Assembly: GCA_965248695.1 (NCBI GenBank)
Contig: CBDFKD010000002.1
Coordinates: forward strand, 4,800,001 to 4,864,000
Reading direction: 5' to 3'
Length of the DNA stretch: 64,000 bases
Source of the DNA: Acidobacteriota bacterium
GTDB lineage: Bacteria > Acidobacteriota > UBA890 > WLXD01
Positions 21,159 to 32,276 of this stretch are shown in pieces. The notes under the pieces were generated by a model. The model did no database searches, was not told the origin of the DNA, and worked only from the letters and a program-made list of their open reading frames with translations. How positions within the stretch are numbered: the first letter of the stretch is position 1; every line of letters begins with the position of its first letter. A program made the translations under genes and the position numbers.

Positions 21159-21985
21159 GCCGTATCGAGCGTGTCTTCAACGATCGCGGGGCACGGCCGT
21201 TGATTATCCCGTTCGTCACCGCCGGCTACCCCCACCTCGATTCCACCGTGCCGCTCGTACAGGCCGCGGGCATTGCCGGAGCCGACGTGGTGGAGATCGG
21301 CATACCGTTCTCCGACCCACTCGCCGACGGTCCCACGATTCAGCGCTCCAGCGAGCGGGCGCTCGCCAACGGCATCTCCGTGGCGAAGGTGCTGTCGGCC
21401 GTTGCCGAGCTGCGCGCCGACCCGGCGACGGCGGACCTGCCGCTCGTGCTCATGGGCTACTACAACCCGATCCTGCGTTTCGGCCTGGACACGTTCCTGG
21501 CTGCGGCCGCCGATGTCGGGGTCGATGGGCTGATCGTCCCGGACCTGCCGCCCGAGGAGGCGACGGACTACCGCGATGGCTGCGTGCGGCACGGCCTTGC
21601 GGCGGTTTTTCTGATGGCGCCCAACGCCACCGACGAGCGTATAGCGATCGTCGATGAGGCCTCGACGCACTTCTCGTACTGCGTGACGGTGACCGGTGTT
21701 ACCGGTGCCCGAGGCGACGTCCACGGCCGCACGCTCGAGTTTCTCGAGCGGGTGCGGCGCCAGACGCGAAAACCGTTCGTGGTGGGCTTCGGCGTCAAAC
21801 GACCGGAACACGTCGAGCGCCTCGGTTCGCTTGCCGACGGCGTCGTCGTCGGCAGCGCGCTGATCGACGCGATCGATGCCTCCGACGAGCCGACCAGCGC
21901 TGTCGGGTCGATGATCAGGGATCTTCGAGCGGCCGCCGACCGGCTGGCACAGACGGCCAGCAGAACACCGGAGAACGGCACGTGA
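21155..21985 (+). CDS. trpA: Tryptophan synthase alpha chain
   Basis: [30 protein letters not shown] and GVTG. Confidence 0.98.
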   Translation: MSRIERVFNDRGARPLIIPFVTAGYPHLDSTVPLVQAAGIAGADVVEIGIPFSDPLADGPTIQRSSERALANGISVAKVLSAVAELRADPATADLPLVLMGYYNPILRFGLDTFLAAAADVGVDGLIVPDLPPEEATDYRDGCVRHGLAAVFLMAPNATDERIAIVDEASTHFSYCVTVTGVTGARGDVHGRTLEFLERVRRQTRKPFVVGFGVKRPEHVERLGSLADGVVVGSALIDAIDASDEPTSAVGSMIRDLRAAADRLAQTASRTPENGT

Positions 21986-22266
21986 CCGACCGGGAGATCG
22001 TCCGCAAGGCCCTGCTCGAGTCTCGCCGATGCATCGACGAGATCGACCTCGAGCTGGTGGCGCTGCTGAATCGCCGCGCGGAACAGGTATGCCGCATCGG
22101 TGAAGCCAAGACGGCGCTCGACGAACCCGTCTATCAGCCACATCGAGAGAAGGAGATCTATTCACGCGCGGTAGCGGCGAACCAAGGGCCGCTCGAGGAC
22201 GGCGCAGTCCACCGTCTGTTCGAGCGCATCCTCGACGAAGCCCGCCGCCTTCAACGAGTCGAGTAG
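21982..22266 (+). CDS. Chorismate mutase (AroQ, type II)
   Basis: RRCIDEIDLELVALLNRR, IGEAK and VYQPHRE. Confidence 0.9.
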   Translation: MTDREIVRKALLESRRCIDEIDLELVALLNRRAEQVCRIGEAKTALDEPVYQPHREKEIYSRAVAANQGPLEDGAVHRLFERILDEARRLQRVE

Positions 22267-22373
22267 GGTCGATAGGAAGACCACACCCGCGAGCTGATTC
22301 GCACCGAACATGGGACACTGAGATGCCGAGTATCGCGGCTGATCTAGCCAGCGCTATTGCTGCAGGAGCCGGA

Positions 22374-23393
22374 ATGGTCATCGTTATGGAGGCTGGGGCC
22401 GACGAGGTCCAGATCGAGCGGGTTATCGAACGGCTCACAGCGCTGGGCTTTGACGCACACCGTTCGTCTGGCGTCGAGAGGACGGTCATCGGCGCGGTCG
22501 GCGGTAAGGCGATCGAGGTCGACCCGCGCGAGCTCGAAGTGCTGACGGGCGTCAAGGAGGTTCTGAAGATCTCCAAGCCGTACAAGCTTGTCGGGCGCTC
22601 GTTCAAACCCGAGGGCACGAAGATCCGCATCGGCGACGTCGTGATCGGTGGCAATGCGATCGTCATGATGGCGGGCCCGTGCGGCGTGGAGAGCGAGGAG
22701 CAGATCCACTCCGTTGCTGAATGCGTGTCGCGCGCCGGCGCCCAGATACTGCGTGGCGGCGCCTTCAAACCACGATCGTCACCGTATTCGTTTCAGGGTC
22801 TGGGTGGGGACGGGCTGCGCTTTCTGCGGGCCGCGGCCGACGCCCATGGCCTCAAGACGATCTCCGAGGTGATGGACGCGCCGCAGATCGAGCTCATGTC
22901 CGAATACGTCGACATCTTTCAGGTCGGGGCACGCAACATGCAGAACTTCGCTCTGCTGAAAGCGCTCGGTCGGCAGCGGACTCCGGTGCTTCTGAAGCGC
23001 GGGCTCTCGGCGACGATCGAGGAGTGGCTCATGTCAGCGGAGTACCTCATGGCAGGCGGCAACCAGAACGTCATTCTGTGCGAGCGGGGTATCCGTACGT
23101 TCGAGGAGTACAGTCGCAATACCTTCGACGTGTCGGCGTTCCCGATCGTGAAGAAGCTGTCCCATCTGCCGAGTATCGGTGATCCGAGCCATGCCATTGG
23201 CATCCGCGACAAGGTTCCTCCGCTGGCCTGCGCCGCGGTGGCCGCCGGCGCCGATGGACTGTTGATCGAGGTCCACCATGACCCCGATGCGGCGCTTTCC
23301 GACGGCCCGCAGTCGCTGTTTCCGGAACAATTCGAGCGGCTCATGGAACAGCTGCGTCAGATCGCGCCGGCGGTCGAACGCTCGATCGCGTAG
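22374..23393 (+). CDS. aroF: DAHP synthase type I-beta with N-terminal regulatory domain
   Basis: AGPC, GGAFKPRSSPYSFQG, GARNMQNF, CERGIRTFE and DPSH. Confidence 0.95.
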   Translation: MVIVMEAGADEVQIERVIERLTALGFDAHRSSGVERTVIGAVGGKAIEVDPRELEVLTGVKEVLKISKPYKLVGRSFKPEGTKIRIGDVVIGGNAIVMMAGPCGVESEEQIHSVAECVSRAGAQILRGGAFKPRSSPYSFQGLGGDGLRFLRAAADAHGLKTISEVMDAPQIELMSEYVDIFQVGARNMQNFALLKALGRQRTPVLLKRGLSATIEEWLMSAEYLMAGGNQNVILCERGIRTFEEYSRNTFDVSAFPIVKKLSHLPSIGDPSHAIGIRDKVPPLACAAVAAGADGLLIEVHHDPDAALSDGPQSLFPEQFERLMEQLRQIAPAVERSIA

Positions 23394-23511
23394 GTCCGGC
23401 CAGCCTGCAACGGGAGCCGCTTGACCCGCAAACCGGCCATGGTAGCCTCGCTCCTTGCCCGCCGTAGCTACTTCAAATGGCGCCCTTGGCGCCCGTCGGA
23501 TTGCTGGAGGT

Positions 23512-24093
23512 ATGGCCGTGAACTCAGCTGAAGCCAGTGTGCTCGGAGCTCGTGACGATACGCTGCCCGTGGCTCGCGTGGTGGTGCTTTCGGTTGCCTT
23601 CGCGGCGACGCTGGCGTTGGCGGCGCAGGTCCGAATACCGCTGCCGTTCACGCCGGTTCCGATCACGCTGCAAACGCTCGTGCTGTACGCCGGCGCAGCC
23701 TGGCTGGGCAGGCGCGCGACGCTGTCGGGCCTGGCGCTCTATGTAGGTCTGGCGGTACTCGGGCTGCCGTTGCTTTCCGGCTGGCGCGGTGGCGCAGGGG
23801 CGTTCGTCGGCGCCACCGGTGGCTACATTCTCGGATGGTTCGTGGCCGCGATCGTGCTGAGTAAGCTTCTCGACGGGCGGGCACATTCGTGGCGGCGTAC
23901 CGCCGGCTCGATGGTGATCGCCTCGGTCGTGGTCCTGGCGTGCGGGACCCTTCACCTTGCCTTGCTGCTCGATCTGACTCCGGCCCAGGCGTTCCTCCTG
24001 GGCGCGGCGCCGTTCATTCCCGGTGACGCGTTGAAGATCCTGCTCGCTTCGGCTGCCGTCAGGGGTTGGCCCAACCCGTTCTCGACACGTTGA
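23512..24093 (+). CDS. bioY: Biotin transporter BioY
   Basis: PFTPVPITLQT, GLP, TGGYILG and PFIPGDALK. Confidence 0.93.
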   Translation: MAVNSAEASVLGARDDTLPVARVVVLSVAFAATLALAAQVRIPLPFTPVPITLQTLVLYAGAAWLGRRATLSGLALYVGLAVLGLPLLSGWRGGAGAFVGATGGYILGWFVAAIVLSKLLDGRAHSWRRTAGSMVIASVVVLACGTLHLALLLDLTPAQAFLLGAAPFIPGDALKILLASAAVRGWPNPFSTR

Positions 24094-25274
24094 AGCTGCA
24101 CGAGTACCAGTCGAAGGAGCTGCTGCGCGAGCGCGGATTGAACGTCGGAGCGAGCGCCGTGACCGGCAGCGCAGACGAGGCACGTGCGGTGGCCGAGAAT
24201 CTGGCCGCCGGCGGGGCGACACGCTTCGCCGTCAAGGCGCAGGTGCACGCGGGCGGGCGCGGCAAGGGCGGCGGGATCAAGCTCGCCGATACCCCGCAGC
24301 AAGCGGGCGAGCTCGCCGCCGCCATGCTGGGGACAGCGCTGGTTACGCCGCAGACCGGCCCGCAGGGCGTCGTCGTACGCAAGGTGCTGATCGAGGCGGG
24401 CGCCGATATCGCCGATGAGCTCTATCTCGGGTTGACCATCGACCGGTCGGCTCGCTGTCCGGTCGTCATTGCCTCCGCCGAAGGTGGCGTGGAGATCGAA
24501 GAGGTTGCCGAGCGCAATCCCGAGGCGATCCTCAAGGAGCTTTGCGCACCTGGCTGGGGGCTGCGGCCGTTCCAGGCGGCCCGTCTCGCCTATCGACTCG
24601 GGCTTCAGGGCAGCGTGGCTCGCGGTGTCGCCGCCACGATCCTGAAGCTGGCGCGGGCGTATGACGAGCTCGACGCTTCACTCGCCGAGATTAACCCGCT
24701 CGTTATCAGCTCCGACGGTGAGGTCATCGTCCTTGATGCCAAGATCGTGATCGACGACAACGCCCTCTTTCGGCGTCCGGAGCTGGCCGATCTGCGGGAT
24801 CGCAGCGAGGAGGAGCCGCTCGAGCTCGAGGCCTCCGAGCACGCGCTCAGCTACGTAGCGCTCGATGGGACGGTGGGTTGCATGGTGAACGGCGCGGGCC
24901 TGGCCATGGGCACTATGGACGAGATCAGCAACGCCGGCGGTTTCCCGGCCAACTTCCTCGACGTGGGTGGCGGCGCATCGGTCGAGCGCGTTGCGAGCGC
25001 GTTTCGGATCCTGATGCGGGGCGAGCGTGTAAGGGCCGTTTTGATCAACATATTTGGCGGAATCGTGCGCTGCGATCGAGTGGCGAAGGGCGTGATCGAG
25101 GCGTTGGAGACCGTCGAAGTGGGCGTGCCGGTCGTGGTTCGCCTGCAGGGCACTAACGCCGAGGAGGGTCGCGAGATCCTGCGTCGCTCGGACCTCGAGT
25201 TCGTCGTCGCCGAGACGTTGCACGACGCGGCACGCCAGGCCGTGGCGGCGGCGGCCGCTGGCGGGGAATCGTAA
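24090..25274 (+). CDS. sucC: Succinyl-CoA synthetase beta subunit
   Basis: [37 protein letters not shown] and [13 protein letters not shown] start. Confidence 0.97.
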   Translation: MKLHEYQSKELLRERGLNVGASAVTGSADEARAVAENLAAGGATRFAVKAQVHAGGRGKGGGIKLADTPQQAGELAAAMLGTALVTPQTGPQGVVVRKVLIEAGADIADELYLGLTIDRSARCPVVIASAEGGVEIEEVAERNPEAILKELCAPGWGLRPFQAARLAYRLGLQGSVARGVAATILKLARAYDELDASLAEINPLVISSDGEVIVLDAKIVIDDNALFRRPELADLRDRSEEEPLELEASEHALSYVALDGTVGCMVNGAGLAMGTMDEISNAGGFPANFLDVGGGASVERVASAFRILMRGERVRAVLINIFGGIVRCDRVAKGVIEALETVEVGVPVVVRLQGTNAEEGREILRRSDLEFVVAETLHDAARQAVAAAAAGGES

Positions 25275-26149
25275 TGAGCATCCTGGTAGGTGCGGATACG
25301 CGAGTTCTCGTTCAGGGAATCACTGGCGCCGAGGGCTCGTTCCACAGTCGGCAATGTATCGAGTACGGAACCCAGATCGTTGCGGGTGTCACCCCCGGCA
25401 AGGGCGGGACGCGCTTCGACGAGGCGGTACCGGTGTATGACACCGTGCTCGAAGCCGTGCACCAGACCCAGGCTGAGGTCTCGCTGGTGTTCGTGCCCCC
25501 ACCGTTCGCCCCCGACGCCGTCATGGAGGCGGCCGATGCCGGGATGCGGCTGGTGATTTGCATCACCGAGGGCATTCCGACGCTCGACATGGTCGACGTG
25601 GTCGGCTACTGCAACGATCGGGGCACACGTCTGGTCGGCCCCAACTGCCCCGGCGTGATCTCGCCGGGGAAGTGCAAGGTCGGCATCATGCCGGGGTTCG
25701 TGCACCACCAAGGACGCGTCGGCGTGATCTCGCGCTCCGGTACGCTTACCTACGAGGCGGTTGATCAGCTGACGCGCGCCGGGCTCGGTCAGTCGACGTG
25801 CATCGGTATTGGCGGCGATCCGGTGATCGGCACCACCTTCCGAGACTGCCTGGAGCTCTTCGCCGAGGACGAGCAAACCGAGGCAGTGGTTGTCATCGGT
25901 GAGATCGGCGGCAGTGGCGAGGAAGAGGCGGCGGAGTACCTCGCCGCTGACTATCCATTGCCGGTAGTTGCATTCATTGCCGGGCAAACGGCTCCGCCCG
26001 GCAAGCGCATGGGGCATGCTGGCGCGATTATCGCCGGCGGTAAGGGCACAGCGGCGGAGAAAATGCAGGCGCTACGGGAAGCCGGCGCCGAGGTTGTCGC
26101 CAGCCCGTCCGAGCTTGGTGCCAGAACCGTCGAAGTGCTGGCGCGCTAG
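25274..26149 (+). CDS. sucD: Succinyl-CoA synthetase alpha subunit
   Basis: [21 protein letters not shown] and MGHAGAI. Confidence 0.98.
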   Translation: MSILVGADTRVLVQGITGAEGSFHSRQCIEYGTQIVAGVTPGKGGTRFDEAVPVYDTVLEAVHQTQAEVSLVFVPPPFAPDAVMEAADAGMRLVICITEGIPTLDMVDVVGYCNDRGTRLVGPNCPGVISPGKCKVGIMPGFVHHQGRVGVISRSGTLTYEAVDQLTRAGLGQSTCIGIGGDPVIGTTFRDCLELFAEDEQTEAVVVIGEIGGSGEEEAAEYLAADYPLPVVAFIAGQTAPPGKRMGHAGAIIAGGKGTAAEKMQALREAGAEVVASPSELGARTVEVLAR

Positions 26150-26856
26150 GGACGGTGGCGATACGTCTCCACCCGCGGTGGCCGGCCACGGCCCCGGTTC
26201 GCCAGGACGCCGACCAGTAGCAGTCCTGCCGCGAACCCGCCGATGTGCGCGTACCAGGCCACTCCGGCGTTGCCGCCGCTGCTGGCCGACCAGAGCTGGA
26301 TCAGGAACCAGATCCCCAGCAGCAGCACCGAAGGGAGATACATCACGCGTATGAAGATCACCAGGATCACCAGCGTCAGAACACGCGCCGTCGGAAAAAG
26401 GATCATGTACGCACCCAGGACCCCGGCGATGGCGCCACTGGCGCCGACCATCGGCACGGGGCTCGCCGGCATCAGGACAACCTGCGCACCGGCGGCGGTG
26501 AGTCCGCACAGCAGGTAGAAGACCACGAAGCGTGCCGACCCCATCGCGTCCTCGACGTTGTCGGCGAACACCCACAGGTAGAGCATGTTGCCACCGAGGT
26601 GAAACAGGTCGCCGTGGACGAACATGGAGGTCAGCAGGGTGAGTGGCGCGGGTACCGGCATCTGCATCCATTGCGCCGGAGTGGTCAGTGCGGCCGGTAT
26701 CAACCCGAGGCGCGTCACCAGCGACACATAGGCCTCTTCCCCGCCCGCCATGCGCACCTGCAGCTGATACGCGAAGACCGCCAGGTTGGCCCCGAACAAC
26801 ACGTAGGTGACCCATGGCGTCCCACTCCGCGGGTTGTCGTCGCGCAGTGGAATCAT
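26146..26856 (-). CDS. Rhomboid-family intramembrane serine protease
   Basis: MIPLRD.NP, HLGGNM, GASG and AHIGGF. Confidence 0.93.
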   Translation of the reverse strand: MIPLRDDNPRSGTPWVTYVLFGANLAVFAYQLQVRMAGGEEAYVSLVTRLGLIPAALTTPAQWMQMPVPAPLTLLTSMFVHGDLFHLGGNMLYLWVFADNVEDAMGSARFVVFYLLCGLTAAGAQVVLMPASPVPMVGASGAIAGVLGAYMILFPTARVLTLVILVIFIRVMYLPSVLLLGIWFLIQLWSASSGGNAGVAWYAHIGGFAAGLLLVGVLANRGRGRPPRVETYRHRP

Positions 26857-27584
26857 GCCGGCTCAGCCGTCGTCAGATCGGCGATCGCCTGACCGACAGC
26901 GGCGGCGACTGCGTGTGCCGAGCTATCTGCCGCAACCTCCACCGGCGAGCCGATGCGCACCTGGATGCTGCCGGGGTCGGCAACCCGCGCCGCAGCCGGC
27001 ATCAAGTTGACGCTGTTGATCACCGCTAGCGGCACCACCGTGCCCGGAGCGGCGCTCGCCAGCGTCACCCAGCTGTCACCGACGCGTTGCAAATCGTCTA
27101 TTCCGCCGACCTCGGAGACGAACACGACGGTGGAGGGCGAGCCGGAGAGGTCAAGGCGGCGACCCGTCGGCACGTCGCCGCGCCCGCCCTTCGATGCGTA
27201 ACCTTCCAGACCTCGATACCAGCCGCCGAACGGGCTACGGAACTGCGATGTCGGCCCGAGGATACGGTGGCACACCGGCAACGCCACCAGCAGGGCAGGA
27301 GTGTCGAGCGCCGACTGTTGATTGGCAACAAAGAGGTAGCTCCTGGAGCGATCGAGGTCCTCGCCGCCAGAGGTCTCCAGGGAGATGCCGTGAATCCGTA
27401 ACAGCGCGCGCGCCCACAGGCGGGCGCAGGAGTGCGCCACCGCACCGTACCCGGCAATGAGCCTAATGACGGTTCCCGGGATGCCGAGAGTCGCCGTTGT
27501 GAGCGCCGTCGCTGCCCAGCTGCCAACGTAGCGGAGGCGCTCTGCGCCGTGGTAGTAGCGCAGCTGGGCAGTGGGTGCGACCAT
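26853..27584 (-). CDS. PlsC-like lysophospholipid acyltransferase, degenerate active site
   Basis: ARLWAR, YLFVANQQSALD (HX4D with H replaced by Q), VVPLAV and PGSIQVRIGSPV. Confidence 0.7.
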   Translation of the reverse strand: MVAPTAQLRYYHGAERLRYVGSWAATALTTATLGIPGTVIRLIAGYGAVAHSCARLWARALLRIHGISLETSGGEDLDRSRSYLFVANQQSALDTPALLVALPVCHRILGPTSQFRSPFGGWYRGLEGYASKGGRGDVPTGRRLDLSGSPSTVVFVSEVGGIDDLQRVGDSWVTLASAAPGTVVPLAVINSVNLMPAAARVADPGSIQVRIGSPVEVAADSSAHAVAAAVGQAIADLTTAEPA

Positions 27585-27718
27585 GTCGTCGAGTTTAGCA
27601 GCCGCGCTCGTGCCGACTTCGGCAGGGTTCCGAGCAGCGGGGTAACATAGCCGCCCGCCGCGCCGGTTGTGGCGGCCCGCGCCATGATCTCACCCGCAAA
27701 TCCCATCTGCGATATGCA

Positions 27719-27743
27719 TCGATCATCTGTCCCAGGCCACTAG
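27719..27743 (+). repeat. CAGGCCACTAG motif copy B
   Basis: TCGATCATCTG-TCC-CAGGCCACTAG, 7 bp before the nhaC-like ATG. 19/21 identical to copy A. Confidence 0.85.
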
Positions 27744-27750
27744 CAGGTTC

Positions 27751-29145
27751 ATGGCGACGTACGGCTGGCTGTCGATCGTTCCTCCGATCCTGGCCATCGT
27801 GCTGGCACTGCGGACGCGTCAGGTGCACCTGTCGCTGTTCGCCGGGATCTGGATAGGGGCGACGATTCTCGCGGAGTTCAACCCTGTCGCCGGCGCTGCA
27901 GGTGCTGTCGAACAACTGGTGCAGGTGATCACCGACGCCGGCAACGCGCGTACGCTCATGTTCACGTTGATGGTCGGCGCCCTGATCGCGTTGTTGCGTG
28001 AGTCGGGCGGCGTTGCCGGATTCGCGGAATGGGCGGTGGCGCGCGGCTGGGTGCGCGGCAGGCGCTCGGCGCAGTTGGTCTCGGCGCTCCTTGGAGTGGC
28101 GATCTTCATCGAATCCAACATTACCTGCCTGGTGACCGGGACCGTCTCGCGCCCGCTCTATGATCGCGTCGGTCTGTCGCGCGCCAAGCTGGCATACATC
28201 TGCGACTCGACCTCGGCACCCATCTGCATATTGATACCGATCAATGCCTGGGGCGCGCTGATCGTCGGCTTGCTTGCCGCCGAGGGGCTTGCTGACCCGG
28301 TCGGGGTATTGGTCGCGGCTATCCCGCTGAATTTCTACGCTCTGCTGGCGCTCGCAACGGTGTTCGCGGTGGCCGCGAGCGGGCGCGACTACGGGCCGAT
28401 GGCAAGAGCCGAGGCCGCGGCGGCCGCAGGCGGTAGCGGTCCCGAGGGGCCGACGATCGACCTGGATGACGGCGCACCGGAAGCCGGAAGGAAGGCGCGC
28501 AACCTGATATTGCCGGTCGTGGTGACCGTCCTGATGGTGCCGTTTGTCCTGTACCTCACCGGGAACGGTGATTGGCGGTCAGGCTCGGGGTCTACCGCCG
28601 TGCTGTGGGCAACCTCGAGCGGCGTGCTGGCGGCGATGCTGCTGTACCGCGTACAGAGCCTGTTCTCGTTCGTCGAGATGACCGAGACTGCCATGCGCGG
28701 TTTCCAGGAGCTTGTTCCGGTGGCGGCGATTCTGGCCCTCGCGCTCGGGATCGGGGCAACATGTAGCGCTCTCGGCACCGGTCCCTGGGTGGCCTCGATC
28801 GCCGCCCCGCTATTGACGCCGGCTACCGTGGCGCCGGTCGTTTTCATCACCGGTTGTGTGATCGCCTTCTCCACCGGCAGCTCGTGGGGCACGTTTGCCA
28901 TTCTGATACCGATCGCCGTGCCGCTGGCGCTGCAGAGCGGCTCCTCGGTGCCGCTGGCCGTCGCGGCGGTGATGGGCGGCGGGATCTTCGGCGATCATTG
29001 CTCTCCGATCTCGGATACGACCGTGATCTCGTCGATGTCTGCCGGGTGCGATCATATCGAGCACGTCACCACCCAGATTCCGTATGCGCTCGTCGGCGGA
29101 GGAGCGGCGGTGGTGCTGTACTTTGTAGCAGGCTTGGTGGTCTAG
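27751..29145 (+). CDS. NhaC-family Na+/H+ antiporter or amino-acid transporter
   Basis: KLAYICDSTSAP, FSTGSSWGTF and GDHCSPISDTT..SS..HVTTQ. Confidence 0.9.
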   Translation: MATYGWLSIVPPILAIVLALRTRQVHLSLFAGIWIGATILAEFNPVAGAAGAVEQLVQVITDAGNARTLMFTLMVGALIALLRESGGVAGFAEWAVARGWVRGRRSAQLVSALLGVAIFIESNITCLVTGTVSRPLYDRVGLSRAKLAYICDSTSAPICILIPINAWGALIVGLLAAEGLADPVGVLVAAIPLNFYALLALATVFAVAASGRDYGPMARAEAAAAAGGSGPEGPTIDLDDGAPEAGRKARNLILPVVVTVLMVPFVLYLTGNGDWRSGSGSTAVLWATSSGVLAAMLLYRVQSLFSFVEMTETAMRGFQELVPVAAILALALGIGATCSALGTGPWVASIAAPLLTPATVAPVVFITGCVIAFSTGSSWGTFAILIPIAVPLALQSGSSVPLAVAAVMGGGIFGDHCSPISDTTVISSMSAGCDHIEHVTTQIPYALVGGGAAVVLYFVAGLVV

Positions 29146-29201
29146 CTCGTAGAAAAACCAGAACCGCCAGACGGTTCCCATGGCCCGCTAGCTGGCGTCA
29201 A

Positions 29202-29606
29202 ATGGCCCGCTTTCATATCGGACGCGACAACTGGTTTCTGGTGATCCCGACGGTGATCCTCGGGCTTGTCAGCCTGTACACTATCAACCGCATGTATCGG
29301 GCCGGGGACATCCGGCGCTCCATCGAGGTCGTCACGACCTTCGAGGCAGGTGGTCAGGCCCCGCTGGGGGAGTACATCGCCGTCGACGAGGGCGATCTCA
29401 GTTGCACCGCCGAAATGCTGTCGAGCTTCTACGGAACCCTCGACGTGCACTGCGTGCCGCGCAACACTGGAATCAATTACCGCTGGCGGGTGCACGTCGG
29501 ACAGCGGTCGTTCGCTCCGATGAACGGCGGCACAAAGGCGCTCATGGAGCGCTACGCTCCGGAAGTCTTTGCCGAGGACCGGATCGAGGGAGAAGATGGC
29601 GGCTGA
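29202..29606 (+). CDS. Hypothetical single-TM protein
   Basis: N-terminal hydrophobic helix and two Cys. Overlaps the next gene's start. Confidence 0.65.
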   Translation: MARFHIGRDNWFLVIPTVILGLVSLYTINRMYRAGDIRRSIEVVTTFEAGGQAPLGEYIAVDEGDLSCTAEMLSSFYGTLDVHCVPRNTGINYRWRVHVGQRSFAPMNGGTKALMERYAPEVFAEDRIEGEDGG

Positions 29607-30888
29607 TCCACGCCTGCAGACAACGCTCGACAACGGCCTCCGGGTGCTCGTGCAACCGCTCCACAACGCGCCGCTGGTGTCGGTGTGGTGCTGGTACCAC
29701 GTCGGCTCCAAGAACGAGGTGCCCGGTCTGACCGGTGCCTCGCACTTCGCCGAGCACATGAACTTCAAGGGCACACCGGGTATCTCGCGCGAGGATCTGA
29801 AGGTCTGGATCGAACGCGCCGGGGGCAGCTGGAACGGGTACACCTGGATCGATCAGACGACGTACTTCGAGACACTGGCCGCCGACGAGCTCGATCTGGC
29901 CCTGCGCATCGAGGCCGACCGCATGACGGAGTGCGTTTACGAGCCGTCGGAGTTCGAGTCGGAGCGCACGGTGGTGCTCGCCGAGATGCATGGCAACAGC
30001 AACAGCCCCGAGTACCTGCTCGACATCGACGTCACCGCAGCGGCGTTCCGTATGCATCCGTATCGTTGGCCCACCATCGGCTGGCAGAGCGATCTGGAGG
30101 CGATGACCCGTGACCAGCTCTACGCCCACTACAAGAACTACTACCACCCGGGCAACGCCACGCTGGTGATCGTCGGTGACGTCGACGCCGCGGCGGCGGT
30201 CGACGCAGCCCGGCATCACTTCGGGGACATTCCGTCGACCGAGACGCCGGCGTACGACGAGATACGCGAACCGCGCCAGGACAGTGAGCGCCGGGTTGTG
30301 GTCGAGCGGCCCGGCACGGCCACCTACCTGCAGGTGGTATATCCGGCGCCAGCGTTCCCTGACCCCGACTTCGTGCCCTTGCTGGTGGCCGACGCTTTGC
30401 TGTCGGGTGGCAAGGGGATCAATCTGTGGAGCGGGGGGTTCGGTCGCAGCGCGCGCATCACCTCACCGCTCTACGGGGCTCTCGTGGAGAGCGAGCTGGT
30501 CGTGTCGATCAGTTCGGCGGTGCTGCCGACGGAGGAACCGTACCTGTATGGCTTCTCGGCGACGCTGCGGGACGGCGTGGAGCCGCGCGCCGCGGAGAGT
30601 GCCCTGGTGGACTCGGTGGAAGGGCTGGCGGCGCGTGACGTCGACGATCGAGCGCTCCGCAAGGCGAAGAACCAGGTGCTGTCGGCTCTGGCGTTCGAGT
30701 CCGAGCGCGTCACCGACGTAGCGCATCAGCTCGGCTACTTCGCCACCATAGCGAGTCTCGAGGCGTTGGACGCGGTGCCCGGCAGCGTGGAGGCGACGAC
30801 CGTCGAGGAGGTTCGGCGCGTCGCCGCTCGATACCTGATTCCGGAAGGGCGCACGGTGGGTTGGTTCGTGCCGCGAGGCGACGCATGA
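29596..30888 (+). CDS. M16B zinc peptidase, catalytic subunit
   Basis: LDNGL, YHVGS, HFAEH (HxxEH), HPY..PTIG and YY.PGNATL. Confidence 0.93.
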   Translation: MAADPRLQTTLDNGLRVLVQPLHNAPLVSVWCWYHVGSKNEVPGLTGASHFAEHMNFKGTPGISREDLKVWIERAGGSWNGYTWIDQTTYFETLAADELDLALRIEADRMTECVYEPSEFESERTVVLAEMHGNSNSPEYLLDIDVTAAAFRMHPYRWPTIGWQSDLEAMTRDQLYAHYKNYYHPGNATLVIVGDVDAAAAVDAARHHFGDIPSTETPAYDEIREPRQDSERRVVVERPGTATYLQVVYPAPAFPDPDFVPLLVADALLSGGKGINLWSGGFGRSARITSPLYGALVESELVVSISSAVLPTEEPYLYGFSATLRDGVEPRAAESALVDSVEGLAARDVDDRALRKAKNQVLSALAFESERVTDVAHQLGYFATIASLEALDAVPGSVEATTVEEVRRVAARYLIPEGRTVGWFVPRGDA

Positions 30889-32174
30889 GGAGACCTGAGG
30901 CCACTCGCACCGAGCTCGACAACGGCCTCGTGATCATGCACCAGGCCAACCACGCGTCGCCGGCTGTCACCGTCAGCCTGAGCGTGGCCGCCGGTGCCTG
31001 CTTCGAGACGCCGGCACAGGCCGGCTTGGCGACCCTGATGGCGCGAGGGCTGATGCGCGGCACGGAGCTCCGAGACAAGACCGCGGTGGGCGAGGTGCTC
31101 GATTTTCGTGGAGCTCACCTGGGCGGCAGCGCCGGCCGGCATACTGCCGGCATGGTCGCCAAGTCGCGTGCCGAAGACCTGCCGGAGGTGATGGCACTGC
31201 TGGCGGAGTGCTCCCGGCGACCGACGTTTCCGGACGTCGAGGTCGGCAAGCTCGTCGGCGACCGCCTGACCGCCCTTCGGGAGGATCTCGATGACCCGGC
31301 CGTCATGGCGATGCACGGCCTGCGCGAGCTCGTCTACCCCGAAGAACACCCGTACGTGTCGCGGCTGGCGGGTACCGAGGCATCCGTGGCAGACATCGGA
31401 GCCGACGATCTACGAGCCTTCCATGCGCGTTTCTTCGGTCCGTCCGCGGCGCTTCTGGTGATCGCCGGCAATGTCGAAGCCGAGGCGGCCCTGTCGATCG
31501 CGCAGGACGCCTTCGACGACTGGACGGACGACGAACCGCGCGGCGGCTACCGCCAGGCGCAAAGCGACGTTGTCGACGTGGCGCCACTTCCCGAGGTTCG
31601 ACGGCACGTCGACCCGATGCCCGACAAGGCCCAGGTGGACATAGCGCTGGGGCATGCCTCGATCCGACGTGCTGATGATCGCTACTACGCCGCCTCCCTG
31701 ATGAACATGATCCTCGGACGTTTCGCGATGGGGGGCCGGCTAGGACGCTCAGTACGCGAAGAGCGCGGTATGGCGTACTACACGTACAGCGCGCTCGGCG
31801 GTGGACTCGGACCGGCGCCGTTCGTAGTTCGCGCCGGCGTGCAGCCGCAACATGTCGAGGATGCCGTCGACGCGGTGCTGGCAGAGATCCGACGCATCCG
31901 TACCGAAACGGTCGACGCCGACGAGCTCGACAACGCCAAAGCCGCCACCGTGCGTGCCCTGCCGCGGGCGCTCGAAAGCAACGAAGGCATGGCCGGCCTG
32001 CTGCATGAGATCGAGATGTTCGATCTCGGTCTGGACTATACCCAACGGCTGGAGGGCCTCATAAGCCAGGTCGATGCCGAGGCCGTGCATGCAGCCGCGC
32101 GCGAACTGCTGTTCCCCGACGCCTACGCGTTGGCGATCGCCGGGCCCTGGTCGCCGCCCACCGATGGAGCCTGA
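30885..32174 (+). CDS. M16B peptidase, non-catalytic partner subunit
   Basis: LDNGL present, HxxEH absent, RL..SVREERGMAY (R/Y pair). Confidence 0.9.
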   Translation: MRRPEATRTELDNGLVIMHQANHASPAVTVSLSVAAGACFETPAQAGLATLMARGLMRGTELRDKTAVGEVLDFRGAHLGGSAGRHTAGMVAKSRAEDLPEVMALLAECSRRPTFPDVEVGKLVGDRLTALREDLDDPAVMAMHGLRELVYPEEHPYVSRLAGTEASVADIGADDLRAFHARFFGPSAALLVIAGNVEAEAALSIAQDAFDDWTDDEPRGGYRQAQSDVVDVAPLPEVRRHVDPMPDKAQVDIALGHASIRRADDRYYAASLMNMILGRFAMGGRLGRSVREERGMAYYTYSALGGGLGPAPFVVRAGVQPQHVEDAVDAVLAEIRRIRTETVDADELDNAKAATVRALPRALESNEGMAGLLHEIEMFDLGLDYTQRLEGLISQVDAEAVHAAARELLFPDAYALAIAGPWSPPTDGA

Positions 32175-32276
32175 AATCGGGGCATCGGTGGCCTCGGCGG
32201 CCGGCCGCGCGGCGCTGCCGACGAGAAGTCTCATCGAGTAAGGTATCCGGCGAGCAACCGAGACCCGGAGGTTCGC

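Noticed and set aside
20867-22768. 633-aa antisense ORF, and similar long shadow ORFs such as 35208-36656 and 31749-33164
   Set aside because: They lie opposite well-supported genes and have no motifs. Such shadow frames are expected at high GC.
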